Below, one piece after another: positions 41,051-49,722 of a stretch of 64,000 nucleotides of DNA. The stretch is taken from the NCBI GenBank assembly GCA_963754315.1, contig CAVWFS010000001.1, positions 288,001 to 352,000 of the forward strand, in the 5' to 3' direction. The notes under the pieces are model-generated. The model made no database searches, was not told the origin of the DNA, and saw only the letters and a list, made by a program, of their open reading frames with translations. Origin of the DNA: an uncultured Candidatus Rokubacteria bacterium. Its GTDB lineage: Bacteria; Methylomirabilota; Methylomirabilia; Rokubacteriales; CSP1-6. Each line of letters begins with the position of its first letter. The first letter of the stretch is position 1. A program made the position numbers and the translations under genes.

Positions 41051-41217
41051 TTGGAGGGGGCGTCGCGCCCCCTCCAATACGAACAATAACGCCGGTAGCA
41101 CCCCGGGTGAGTGAGAGGGCTCAGAGGAGCGTGAGTGAGAAGGCGCAGAGGAGCGTTACGGGGCGTCGCGCCCCCTCCAATATGAACAATAACGCCAGTA
41201 GCACCCCCGGGTGCTGG
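41051..41217. repeat. Composite repeat: two 53-54 bp direct repeats flanking two 24-bp tandem repeats, with a 12-bp-stem hairpin
   Basis: ggggcgtcgcgccccctccaataYgaacaataacgccRgtagcacccc(c)gggtg at 41057 and 41160; gtgagtgagaRggcKcagaggagc at 41107 and 41131; ttggagggggcg-tcg-cgccccctccaa at 41051-41077. Confidence 0.88.
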
Positions 41218-41236
41218 AGCTTGTAAGGAGCGTCGG

Positions 41237-42031
41237 GTGCTCAATCTGAACAACATCGAAGTCATCTACGACGGGGTCATTCTCGTTCTCAAGGGCGTGT
41301 CGCTCACGGTGCGCCAGGGCGGGATCACCACCCTGCTGGGCGCCAACGGCGCCGGCAAGACCACCACCCTCAAGGCGATCTCCGGGCTTCTCCGTTCCGA
41401 GCGCGGAGATGTCACGAAGGGATCCATCGAGCTGGCCGGCGAGCGGATCGACCGGCTTCCGCCCCACCAGGTGGTCAAGCGCGGCGTCGTCCAGGTGTTT
41501 GAGGGACGCCGGGTCTTCGAGCATCTGACCACCGAGGAGAACCTGATCGCGGGTGCCCACGTGCAGCCCGACCGTGCCCGTCTGCACGAGGGCATGGAGC
41601 GCGTCTACGAGTACTTTCCCCGCCTGCGCGAGCGGCGCCACGTGCAGGCCGGGTACCTGTCGGGTGGCGAGCAGCAGATGCTCGTCATCGGACGGGCGCT
41701 CATGTCGGGGCCGCGGGTCATCCTGCTCGATGAGCCGTCGCTGGGGCTGGCTCCCATGTTGGTCGAGGAGATCTTCGAGATCGTCCAGCGGCTGAACCAG
41801 CAGGAGAAGCTCACCGTCCTTCTGGTCGAGCAGAATGCGGCACTGGCCCTGACCATCGCCGAGCACGGCTACGTGATGGAGACGGGCCGCATCGTCCTCG
41901 AAGGTTCGGCCGAGACCCTCCGCGGGAACGCCGACATCAAGGAGTTCTATCTGGGACTCACCGAGGTGGGATCCCGCAAGTCCTACCGTGACGTGAAGCA
42001 CTACAAGCGCCGCAAGCGCTGGCTCAGCTAG
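41237..42031 (+). CDS. ABC ATPase, LivF-like, copy 2
   Basis: GANGAGKTT, LSGGEQQM, LDEPSLGLAP, KHYKRRKRWLS. Confidence 0.92.
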   Translation: MLNLNNIEVIYDGVILVLKGVSLTVRQGGITTLLGANGAGKTTTLKAISGLLRSERGDVTKGSIELAGERIDRLPPHQVVKRGVVQVFEGRRVFEHLTTEENLIAGAHVQPDRARLHEGMERVYEYFPRLRERRHVQAGYLSGGEQQMLVIGRALMSGPRVILLDEPSLGLAPMLVEEIFEIVQRLNQQEKLTVLLVEQNAALALTIAEHGYVMETGRIVLEGSAETLRGNADIKEFYLGLTEVGSRKSYRDVKHYKRRKRWLS

Positions 42032-42062
42032 GGCGGATGCGCGGCAGAAAGATACGCGAACG

Positions 42063-42584
42063 ATGACGCACACACGGCTCCTGATATCCGGCATCGTCCT
42101 GGCGACGCTCGCGTTCACCCTCGTCCTCGGGTCGGAGGCCCAGACCCCACCGTGCCAGGGGGGCTACGATCAGAAAAGCGGTTCCAACTTCTCGTCGGCG
42201 TGTCCGCCGGCCCCACCTCCCGCTCCGCTGTACCGGCGACTCGGAGGTCGGGACGGCATCGCCGTCGTGGTGGGAGACTTCGTGGCATTCGTCGTGGCCG
42301 ACACCCGCATCAACGCGCGTTTCAAGGACATGAAGCCGCCGGAGGTCGAGAAGCTCAAGTCGAACCTCTCCGACCAGATCTGCGAAGCGACGGGCGGGCC
42401 GTGCTCGTACCTCGGCCGGGACATGAAGACGACCCACCATGGCATGAAGATCACCGATGCCGAATGGGACGCGACGGTGGAGAATCTCGGAAAGGCGCTC
42501 GACAAGAACAAGGTGGGCGCCCCGGAGAAGAACGAGCTTCTCAAGGCGCTCGGACCGATGAAGCCGGACATCGTCGGGCAGTGA
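42063..42584 (+). CDS. Group I truncated (2/2) haemoglobin with N-terminal signal peptide
   Basis: LYRRLGG, ATGGPCSYLGRDMKTTHHGMKIT with proximal F8 His; hydrophobic leader ending SEA-Q. Confidence 0.88.
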   Translation: MTHTRLLISGIVLATLAFTLVLGSEAQTPPCQGGYDQKSGSNFSSACPPAPPPAPLYRRLGGRDGIAVVVGDFVAFVVADTRINARFKDMKPPEVEKLKSNLSDQICEATGGPCSYLGRDMKTTHHGMKITDAEWDATVENLGKALDKNKVGAPEKNELLKALGPMKPDIVGQ

Positions 42585-43852
42585 GGGCTGTCAACCGCCG
42601 CGTCGGCTACTGGGATCGCGCCAAGGAAACTATGTCCCCCGAGGCGCGGCGGCGTTACCAGGACGGATGGGTGCGGGAGCTGGTGAACCACGCGTGGGAG
42701 CGCGCGCCAGGAGTGCGACGCCGCTTTCAGGACGCGGGGCTCACGCCGGCCGACGTCGGGGGAGTGGACGACCTGGCCCGAGTCCCCGTCATCCACAAGA
42801 ACGAGATGCCCGATCTGCAGCGCAGCGATCCGCCGTTCGGTGGTTTTTGCACGGTGCCCATTGATCAGGTGCGCCGCATCTTCGTCTCTCCCGGGCCCAT
42901 CCTGGAGCCAATGGGTCCCGAGGTGGGGGCCTGGCACATGGAACCTGGACTCTACGCGGGAGGCTTTCGAGCGGGGGACGTGGTGCTCAACACCTTTTCG
43001 TATCACATGGTCCCGGCCGCCCACGAGATGGAGGAAGCGCTCCACCTCCTCGGCTGCACCGTGGTGCCGACCGGAGTCGGCCAGACCGAGCAGCAAGTGC
43101 TGATCGCCAAGGCGGTGTCCGCCACTGGGTTCGTCGGAACACCGAGCTTCCTGTTGACCTTGCTCCGAAAGGCTGACGAAATGGGTGCCGGAAGGCTTCC
43201 GCTCGAGGTGGCCCAGCTCGGGGCCGAACCGTTTCCGGAGTCGCTGCGACGCGTCTTTCAGGACGAGTTCAGGATCATGGCTCGTCAAGGCTTCGGTACT
43301 GCCGATCTCGGTATGCTGGCCTACGAAGGGCCGGAGACCAACGGCATGCACCTCGTCGACGACGCCGTCGTTCAGATCTGCGACCCCGCGACCGGCGTGC
43401 CGCTGCCGGTGGGTCAGCTCGGTGAGATCGTGGCCACCGTCAACAACCCGACATACCCCATGATCCGTTTCGCTACGGGTGATCTCAGCGTGCTCACTGA
43501 CGAGCCGAGTCCCTGCGGCCGCACTGCCCGCCGGATCCTGGGTTGGCGAGGCCGGGCCGACGAGGTAACCAAGGTTCGGGGGATGTTCATCCATCCGCGA
43601 CAGGCCGATGAGGTGGCCCAGCGTGTCAAGGGTGTGATCCGCCATCAAGTCATGGTGGGTCGTACCGAGCACCAGGACACCCTGACCTTCCTGGTCGAGC
43701 TGGCGTCCGGGGTCGAGGCACGGTCGGTGATTCCGACGCTCGAGGGCGCCATCCGCGACGTGATGAAGCTTAGGGGGTCGGTCGAGGTGGTCTCGACGGG
43801 GACGATTCCGGAGACGGCGAAGAAGATCACCGACACGCGAACGTGGGACTGA
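42581..43852 (+). CDS. Phenylacetate-CoA ligase (PaaK)-like adenylate-forming enzyme
   Basis: FVSPGPILEP, GFVGTPSFL, FGTADLG, IRFATGDLS, GRADEVTKVRGMFIHP; GTGA overlap with globin. Confidence 0.85.
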   Translation: MRAVNRRVGYWDRAKETMSPEARRRYQDGWVRELVNHAWERAPGVRRRFQDAGLTPADVGGVDDLARVPVIHKNEMPDLQRSDPPFGGFCTVPIDQVRRIFVSPGPILEPMGPEVGAWHMEPGLYAGGFRAGDVVLNTFSYHMVPAAHEMEEALHLLGCTVVPTGVGQTEQQVLIAKAVSATGFVGTPSFLLTLLRKADEMGAGRLPLEVAQLGAEPFPESLRRVFQDEFRIMARQGFGTADLGMLAYEGPETNGMHLVDDAVVQICDPATGVPLPVGQLGEIVATVNNPTYPMIRFATGDLSVLTDEPSPCGRTARRILGWRGRADEVTKVRGMFIHPRQADEVAQRVKGVIRHQVMVGRTEHQDTLTFLVELASGVEARSVIPTLEGAIRDVMKLRGSVEVVSTGTIPETAKKITDTRTWD

Positions 43853-43906
43853 TGCGGCAGATCGTCCGCGGACGCGCATGACGGTCCCCGCTCCGAAAAC
43901 CATGGC

Positions 43907-44767
43907 GTGAGCGAGCACGAAGGAGGTCTGGCACCTGCGTTCGTCGCCGTCGGCCATGTGACCATCGATCGGATCGATGGGGTCGAGCGACCCGGGGGAG
44001 CGGCCCTCTACGCGGCCATCACCGCTCAGCGGCTCGGGTTGACGGCCGGCATCCTGACCTCCCACGGTCCCGATTTCCCCCTCGATCTCCTTCCGCCGCA
44101 GATCGAGGTTGTCAGCATCCCCGACCGGCAGACCACGCATTTCGAGCACCGCGTTGAAGGAAGCGATCGACAGATGCGGGTGACGGCGCGGGCGCGGCCG
44201 CTGAGCGCGCAGGACGTGCCGGAAGACTGGCGGGAGGCCAGTATGGTCCTGCTGGCGCCGGTGATCGACGAGGTCGATCCACTGGTTGCCGCTGTCTTCA
44301 GCGCCGCCACCATCGGCGTGGCCGCCCAAGGCTACCTGCGCCGGCTCGGTCGGGACGGGCTCATCGTTCCACAATCCTGGGAGAGCGCCGATCTGGTTTT
44401 GAGGCGAGCCCAGGCTCTGATCCTTAGCCTCGAGGACGTGGGTGGTGACCTGACGTCGGTCAGCGAGTGGTTTCAGAAAGTACCCGTCGGCGTGCTCACG
44501 GCGGGACGGAAAGGCGCCGTCCTGTTCGTCAACGGCGAGCGTTACTCGGTGCGAGCCCATCGCGCTCGGGAAGTCGATGCCACCGGCGCCGGAGACGTCT
44601 TCGCCGCCGCCTTCATGATCCACTACCACCGCCACGGGGAAGCCTGGCAGGCCGCCGAAGGCGCCGCCTGTGCGGCGGCGCTCTCAGTAGGGGGAGAGGG
44701 ATGGGCGGCCATCCCGGATGCCGCGACCCTGGCGGCGGCCGTGGCCGTCTACAGGCGGGAAGAGTAG
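43907..44767 (+). CDS. PfkB/ribokinase family kinase
   Basis: [30 protein letters not shown]. Confidence 0.9.
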   Translation: MSEHEGGLAPAFVAVGHVTIDRIDGVERPGGAALYAAITAQRLGLTAGILTSHGPDFPLDLLPPQIEVVSIPDRQTTHFEHRVEGSDRQMRVTARARPLSAQDVPEDWREASMVLLAPVIDEVDPLVAAVFSAATIGVAAQGYLRRLGRDGLIVPQSWESADLVLRRAQALILSLEDVGGDLTSVSEWFQKVPVGVLTAGRKGAVLFVNGERYSVRAHRAREVDATGAGDVFAAAFMIHYHRHGEAWQAAEGAACAAALSVGGEGWAAIPDAATLAAAVAVYRREE

Positions 44768-44868
44768 GACGGCGTCAGCACCGAAAGTTTGTGATGGCCT
44801 GGCGGTCGTGCTATACGCTGTCTGCCGTATCGATTTGCAGACAGCCCACCGAAACCAAGGAGGTCGGC

Positions 44869-45222
44869 ATGGGACGGCTCATCGCAATACTCGTGGCGTT
44901 TCTGTTCGTGGTGGGGACGATCGGGGCACCCGCGGCCTTCGCGCAGGCGGCGAAAGACGCCACCAAGGACGCTTCCGGGGCGGCGAAGGGAGCGACCAAG
45001 GATGCGCCGAGCGCGGCGAAGGCGGCGGCCAGCAAGATGGTCGACATCAACTCCGCCAGCGTCGATGAGTTGAAGGCCCTGCCGGGTATCGGCGATGCCT
45101 ATTCGAAGAAGATCGTGGACGGCCGTCCGTATGCGGGTAAGGATGACCTGGTCAAGAAGAAGGTCGTACCCCAGGCCACCTACGACAAGATCAAGGACCT
45201 GATCGTCGCCAAACAGAAGTAG
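44869..45222 (+). CDS. Exported helix-hairpin-helix DNA-binding protein (ComEA-like)
   Basis: AAGGAGG SD; signal peptide; [31 protein letters not shown]. Confidence 0.85.
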   Translation: MGRLIAILVAFLFVVGTIGAPAAFAQAAKDATKDASGAAKGATKDAPSAAKAAASKMVDINSASVDELKALPGIGDAYSKKIVDGRPYAGKDDLVKKKVVPQATYDKIKDLIVAKQK

Positions 45223-45637
45223 AGTTAGCGCCCTCCGGGCCGGCGCCCCGGGCCGCGGGCGGAAGCGCCCCGCGCAGCCGGGGCATAGCCCGCGAACACG
45301 ATGCCGGCGCCGGCGATCACGAAGCCATGACGCGCAGCCGCCGTCAGATCCAATCCCTCATCGCTCGCTCTGTTGAGCATTCCGCCGCGCCGATCGACGA
45401 CGGCGCCCGGGTTGCCAAGGCGGTCAACGCCCGGCGCCCCACCTCCTAGCGAGGCTTGGCCGAATCAGACCCAGTTCTCAGTCAGACATCGTCAAGGCGC
45501 AGGCAGCCTCCCGCGCGGCGACGGGTTCGCGGAACATTTCGAGCAATTAGGCGTCCAGTCCATTGGACGAGACGGGCAAGGCGCTCGGCTGAGGGAGGCG
45601 CAGGGTCAGAGGACGGTTCTAGTCCAGCAGGGCTGGG

Positions 45638-46511
45638 CTAATCGAGGACGTCGGCGCAGCGCTCGTAGAGGGCCACCATCTCCGTGAGATCGCGGGCGCG
45701 TGATTCGAGAATGACGTGGGCGACGCCGAGCTCGCGCAGAGTGTTGAGCTCGGCGCGAAGCTCCTCGGGTCGGCGCCGCGCAGGCAAGCCCATGCGCAAG
45801 CTGATCGTCAGGGTCGCCGGATCGCGCCCCCGCCGGCGACACTCTTCCGCGAGGGTCTGTATCCCCTTGCGCAGGGTGCGTTGCGTCCGCGAAAGCGGCG
45901 TGCCAGCCGTCCCCCAGCTCGGCTGTTCGGCGCAGGGCGCGGGGGGTGTGGCCGCCGATCCAGATGGGGATAGTCCCCGCCCGCGGCTTGGGATAGCAGC
46001 CGACGGGGTCGAACCGAAAGAACTCGCCGGCGAAGGCCGTCCGCTCCTCGCGCCAGCACGCGCGCATCACCCGGATGGCCTCGTCACTCCATGCACCCCG
46101 GCGATCGTAAGGAGCACCGAGCAGCTCGATCTCCTCGCGCATCCAGCCGACGCCGGCCCCCAGGATGACACGCCCCGGCGCCAGATGATCCAGGGTGGCC
46201 AATGCCTTGGCCGTCAGCACCGGGTGACGATGCGGAAGCACGAGCACGGTCGTGCCGAGGCGGACCCGCTCCGTCACCGCCGCCACCATGGCCAGCGCCG
46301 TGAGGGGCTCCAGGAAGTCCGTGGTGGGTGACAGTGGGAACTCGCCGGTGGCGCCGTACGGGTAGCGCGAGCCAATGTCCCACGGGATCACCACGTGATC
46401 GCTTGCCCACAGCGAATCGTAGCCGAGCTCTTCCAGGCGGCGAGCGAAGCCGAGCAGCGTGTCCCGGGTGGCGGCGGGACCGTAGACGGGCAGGTGTGCG
46501 CCGAGCTTCAT
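45638..46511 (-). CDS. Luciferase-like (LLM class), probably F420-dependent oxidoreductase (apparent +1 frameshift near 45880)
   Basis: GYDSLWASDHVV, GAGVGWMREE, PIWIGGH, GDGW; corrected C-terminus LRELGVAHVILE...DVLD-stop. Confidence 0.88.
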
Positions 46512-46514
46512 CGG

Positions 46515-48134
46515 TCAGCGACCTGGCGTGTAGACGAGGTGCTCGCGAAGCCCGTCGGCCTGGATCATCTCGGCCAGTCGTGCGCGCTGGATCTTGCCGC
46601 TCGACGTCTTCGGGATGCTGCCCGCGCGCACCAGCAGCACGCGGGCCGGCCGGTGCCCGCGCCCGGCGTGCACCTGCCGGACGACATCACGCACGAGATC
46701 GTGGTACACCCCGGGTACGGCTGACTCGTCTCGCACCTCGGCGACCACGTGAAGACGCGCCGCCCCCGTCCGCTCGCTGTCCAGCGCGACGGCGGCGCCG
46801 TAACGGATCCCGGGAACGTGGTCGACGATCTCCTCGATGTCGGCGGGAACGACGTTTTCGCCGCCGAGGATCATGATGTCCTTGAGTCGACCCGTGATGT
46901 AGAGATACCCCTCGCTGTCGACGAAGCCGAGGTCGCCCGTGCGAAGCCAGCCATCGGGCAGGAGCACCCGCGCCGTGGCCTCGGGGTTGTTGTAGTACCC
47001 CTGCATGACACCCGGGCTCTTCACGCAGATCTCACCCTCGCGATTGGCTCCCAGCACAACCTCGCCCGTGGGGTCCTCGGTGGCTGGCGGCATGATGCGG
47101 ACGGAGACCCCCGGGCAGGGGCGGCCCACGGACAGGAAGCGTCCGCTCGGGTCGATCCGACGCGGCGTGGCCCGCGGCCAGAGAGCGACAGCCAGGGTGG
47201 CTTCGGCCAGGCCATAGCAGGGCAGGATGACGTTCTTCAGGCCGAAGCGCGACTCGAAGGCTTCGATGGTCGAGAGGCGCACGGGCTCGGCGCCGGAGAG
47301 GGCGCCCTTGAGACTTCCGAGATCGACGTCACTCGTGTCGCGCACGTGTCGGACGCAGTTGCGATAGCCGAAATCGGGCGACACCGTGAAGGTGGCCCGC
47401 ACCTTGGTGATCAGCTCGAGCCACTCGCGCGGGTTCCGGAGATCCGGCGGGAGCAACCAGAGGGGAGCGGCCGTGAGAGGCGGCGTGAAGGCGCAGCCGA
47501 TCAGGCCCATGTCGTGATAGAGGGGAAGCCAGGACACCACGCGGTCGGCTGCAGTGAGGCCGGCCGCCTCCGCCATGAAGCGAATGGTGCTGACCACGTT
47601 GCGATGGGTCAGCATCACGCCCCGCGGCTGACCCGTGCTGCCCGAGGTGTACTGCAGGAAGGCGAGGTCGTGCTCATGGGCCTCATGCAGGGGTGGAGCA
47701 GGCGCCTCCTGGTCGAGGTCAGTCGGCTCCAGAATGGTGCGGACGTTGGGGGCGAGGGCCACGCTCTCGTCGACCCCAGGCCTGAACCAGCCGATGGTGG
47801 CCACCGCCGACGTCTCCGAGTCGCACAAGATGCGAGCGGTGGCATCCATGCCCAGGGTGGGATAGAGAGGGACGGGGACAGCGCCGATCCTCAGCGCTCC
47901 GAAGAACGTGTAGAAGAACTCGGCGCAGGTCGGGTAGATGAGGCAGACCTTGTCGCCGGGACCGAGACCAGCTCGCGCGAGGGCTGCCGCGAAGCGACCG
48001 CTCTGCGCCCACAATCTCCGGTAGGTGACCGTCTCGCCGTACAGCTCGAAGTACTGCTGGTCTGGCGTGAGCGCCGTCCGGCGGCGCATCATGTCCGTCA
48101 GCGTGGTCGCGGTGTGCGGATCGGTGTCGGCCAT
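46515..48134 (-). CDS. Fatty acyl-AMP ligase (FAAL)-like adenylating enzyme
   Basis: AFLQYTSGSTGQPRGV, SWLPLYHDMGLIG, CYGLAEATL, IPKTSSGKIQR. Confidence 0.85.
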   Translation of the reverse strand: MADTDPHTATTLTDMMRRRTALTPDQQYFELYGETVTYRRLWAQSGRFAAALARAGLGPGDKVCLIYPTCAEFFYTFFGALRIGAVPVPLYPTLGMDATARILCDSETSAVATIGWFRPGVDESVALAPNVRTILEPTDLDQEAPAPPLHEAHEHDLAFLQYTSGSTGQPRGVMLTHRNVVSTIRFMAEAAGLTAADRVVSWLPLYHDMGLIGCAFTPPLTAAPLWLLPPDLRNPREWLELITKVRATFTVSPDFGYRNCVRHVRDTSDVDLGSLKGALSGAEPVRLSTIEAFESRFGLKNVILPCYGLAEATLAVALWPRATPRRIDPSGRFLSVGRPCPGVSVRIMPPATEDPTGEVVLGANREGEICVKSPGVMQGYYNNPEATARVLLPDGWLRTGDLGFVDSEGYLYITGRLKDIMILGGENVVPADIEEIVDHVPGIRYGAAVALDSERTGAARLHVVAEVRDESAVPGVYHDLVRDVVRQVHAGRGHRPARVLLVRAGSIPKTSSGKIQRARLAEMIQADGLREHLVYTPGR

Positions 48135-48198
48135 GTGAGACTCCCCTCGGAATGACACGCGAGACACTTCCTGCATTCTAGCGTGAGGCCGACTCCCC

Positions 48199-48672
48199 TC
48201 ACGCGATCCGTGCGATCCGACCCTGCGTCATGGTCACCAGTTCGGCGGGTGTGAGTTTGAAGATCGAGTTCGGTGTGCCGGCGGCCGCCCAGATCTCCTC
48301 CCATTGAAGCAGGTCCTCATCGAGGAGCGTCTCGGGCGATTCGGCGTGGCCGACGGGCGGGACCCCGCCGATCGCAAATCCTGTCCGTGCGCGGACGAAG
48401 GCGGCGTCGGCCTTGGATATCTCCTCTCCCACCAGGTCGGCCACTTTTACCTCATCGACCCGGTTGGCCCCGGACGCGATGACGAGCACAATCCGCCCAC
48501 TGCGGGCACCCCGAAAGACGAGCGACTTCGCGATCTGGTCGACGCGGCAACCCAGGGCGCGTGCGGCGTCGGCCGCGCTGCGGGTGGGCTGGGAAAGCTC
48601 CAGAACTTGCCCAGGGAACCCACGCGCCGCGAGGGTGTCCTGGACTCTTTGCGCGGTCGCGCTGAGGGGCAC
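48199..48672 (-). CDS. YbaK/EbsC family aminoacyl-tRNA deacylase
   Basis: QIAKSLVF, SGANRVD, TGFAIGGVPPVGH, WAAAGTP. Confidence 0.9.
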   Translation of the reverse strand: MPLSATAQRVQDTLAARGFPGQVLELSQPTRSAADAARALGCRVDQIAKSLVFRGARSGRIVLVIASGANRVDEVKVADLVGEEISKADAAFVRARTGFAIGGVPPVGHAESPETLLDEDLLQWEEIWAAAGTPNSIFKLTPAELVTMTQGRIARIA

Positions 48673-48680
48673 GGGACTTT

Positions 48681-49379
48681 TCAGCGTGCCATCACCACGC
48701 GGTCGAAGGATTCCCCGTACGCGTAGCCTTTGGGGGCGCCGATCTCGCGCGCGCGGTCGCGGACGCGCCCCTCCACCGCCCGGAAGTCCGTAAGCTGGCT
48801 TAGGTGGCAGGCGAGCGCCTTGAGCTTCAGATCCATGGTGTCCGTGATGTCCACCACCAGGTGAGGATTTTCCCACTGCATCACATAGATCTCGCGCACC
48901 TTGTGGGGTTCGAACTCCGGCATCAGCTCGGGGAAAGCCATGTGGTCACGAGCGAGCGGGTAGAAGCAGTCGAGGACGACCCCGCCCGTGATCCGGTGAT
49001 CGCGATGCGAAATGCCCAAATGGTAAGTCCGGTGCGGATTCTGCGTGATGATGAGATCGGGTCGCCAGCGGCGGATCTCGCGCGAGATGTCCCGGCGCAG
49101 ATCCCGCGTGTCCTCGAGCTCGCCGTCGGGGTAGCCAAGGAACTGAACCCGCTCCACGCCCAGCGCGCGGGCGGCGTTGCGCTGCTCCTCCTCGCGAATG
49201 ATGGCCAAGCGCTCGGCGGTCATGCTGCGGTCACCCGATCCCTTGTTGCCATTGGTGACGAGAACGTACGTGATCTCACATCCTTGCTGGGCAAACCTTG
49301 CCACGGTGCCGCCCGCCCCGAACTCCGCGTCGTCGGGATGCGCGGTCACCACCATCACCCGTTCGATGCCGTCCGTCAT
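48681..49379 (-). CDS. PIG-L/LmbE family deacetylase
   Basis: AHPDDAEFGAGGT, REEEQRNAA, HRDH, KLKALACHLSQ. Confidence 0.9.
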   Translation of the reverse strand: MTDGIERVMVVTAHPDDAEFGAGGTVARFAQQGCEITYVLVTNGNKGSGDRSMTAERLAIIREEEQRNAARALGVERVQFLGYPDGELEDTRDLRRDISREIRRWRPDLIITQNPHRTYHLGISHRDHRITGGVVLDCFYPLARDHMAFPELMPEFEPHKVREIYVMQWENPHLVVDITDTMDLKLKALACHLSQLTDFRAVEGRVRDRAREIGAPKGYAYGESFDRVVMAR

Positions 49380-49503
49380 CAGACCGCTCCTTGATCGTCA
49401 GAGGGCCGAATCTCCCTCCATCTCCAAGCATACCCATTCCGGGCGCCTGCGTCCCCCTCGCGCATCGGCCCCTCGAGAAGGGGCCGGGCGAGGAGCGACC
49501 CCC

Positions 49504-49512
49504 TGCTATAAT
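49504..49512 (+). promoter_or_regulatory. Extended -10 promoter, probably giving a leaderless transcript
   Basis: TGCTATAAT 6 nt upstream of GTG 49519, no SD in between. Confidence 0.55.
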
Positions 49513-49518
49513 CGCGCA

Positions 49519-49722
49519 GTGTCACGTCCAGGAGGACGACGAGTGGGAATTGCGGTGATGATCGTCCTCCTTGCCGGCGCTCTCGCGCTCATCCAGGCCC
49601 CCTTCGAGCTCTCTTGCCTTCGAGTCGCGGGGATCAGCCTCCTCTGGTGGTATGCGCTTTTCGTGGCGCCCCTCGTCGCCACCCTGGCGGCCGTGCCACT
49701 GCTCCGCAGGAGGTCCGACTGA
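49519..49722 (+). CDS. Small two-TM membrane protein (resembles the small partner subunits of solute:sodium symporters)
   Basis: Two hydrophobic helices, RVAGISLLWWY; stop overlaps start of the next membrane protein. Confidence 0.6.
   Translation: MSRPGGRRVGIAVMIVLLAGALALIQAPFELSCLRVAGISLLWWYALFVAPLVATLAAVPLLRRRSD

Noticed and set aside
41057..41213. Mini CRISPR array
   Set aside because: Only two repeats of 53-54 bp, the intervening sequence is itself a tandem repeat, and no cas genes are present
27955..44635. Long antisense ORFs (e.g. 27955-30069, 35793-37793, 42170-44635)
   Set aside because: Shadow frames expected from high-GC codon bias opposite clear genes; no recognisable motifs
45638..49379. 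Secondary-metabolite biosynthetic cluster around the FAAL-like gene
   Set aside because: No carrier protein, PKS, NRPS or precursor peptide in the window
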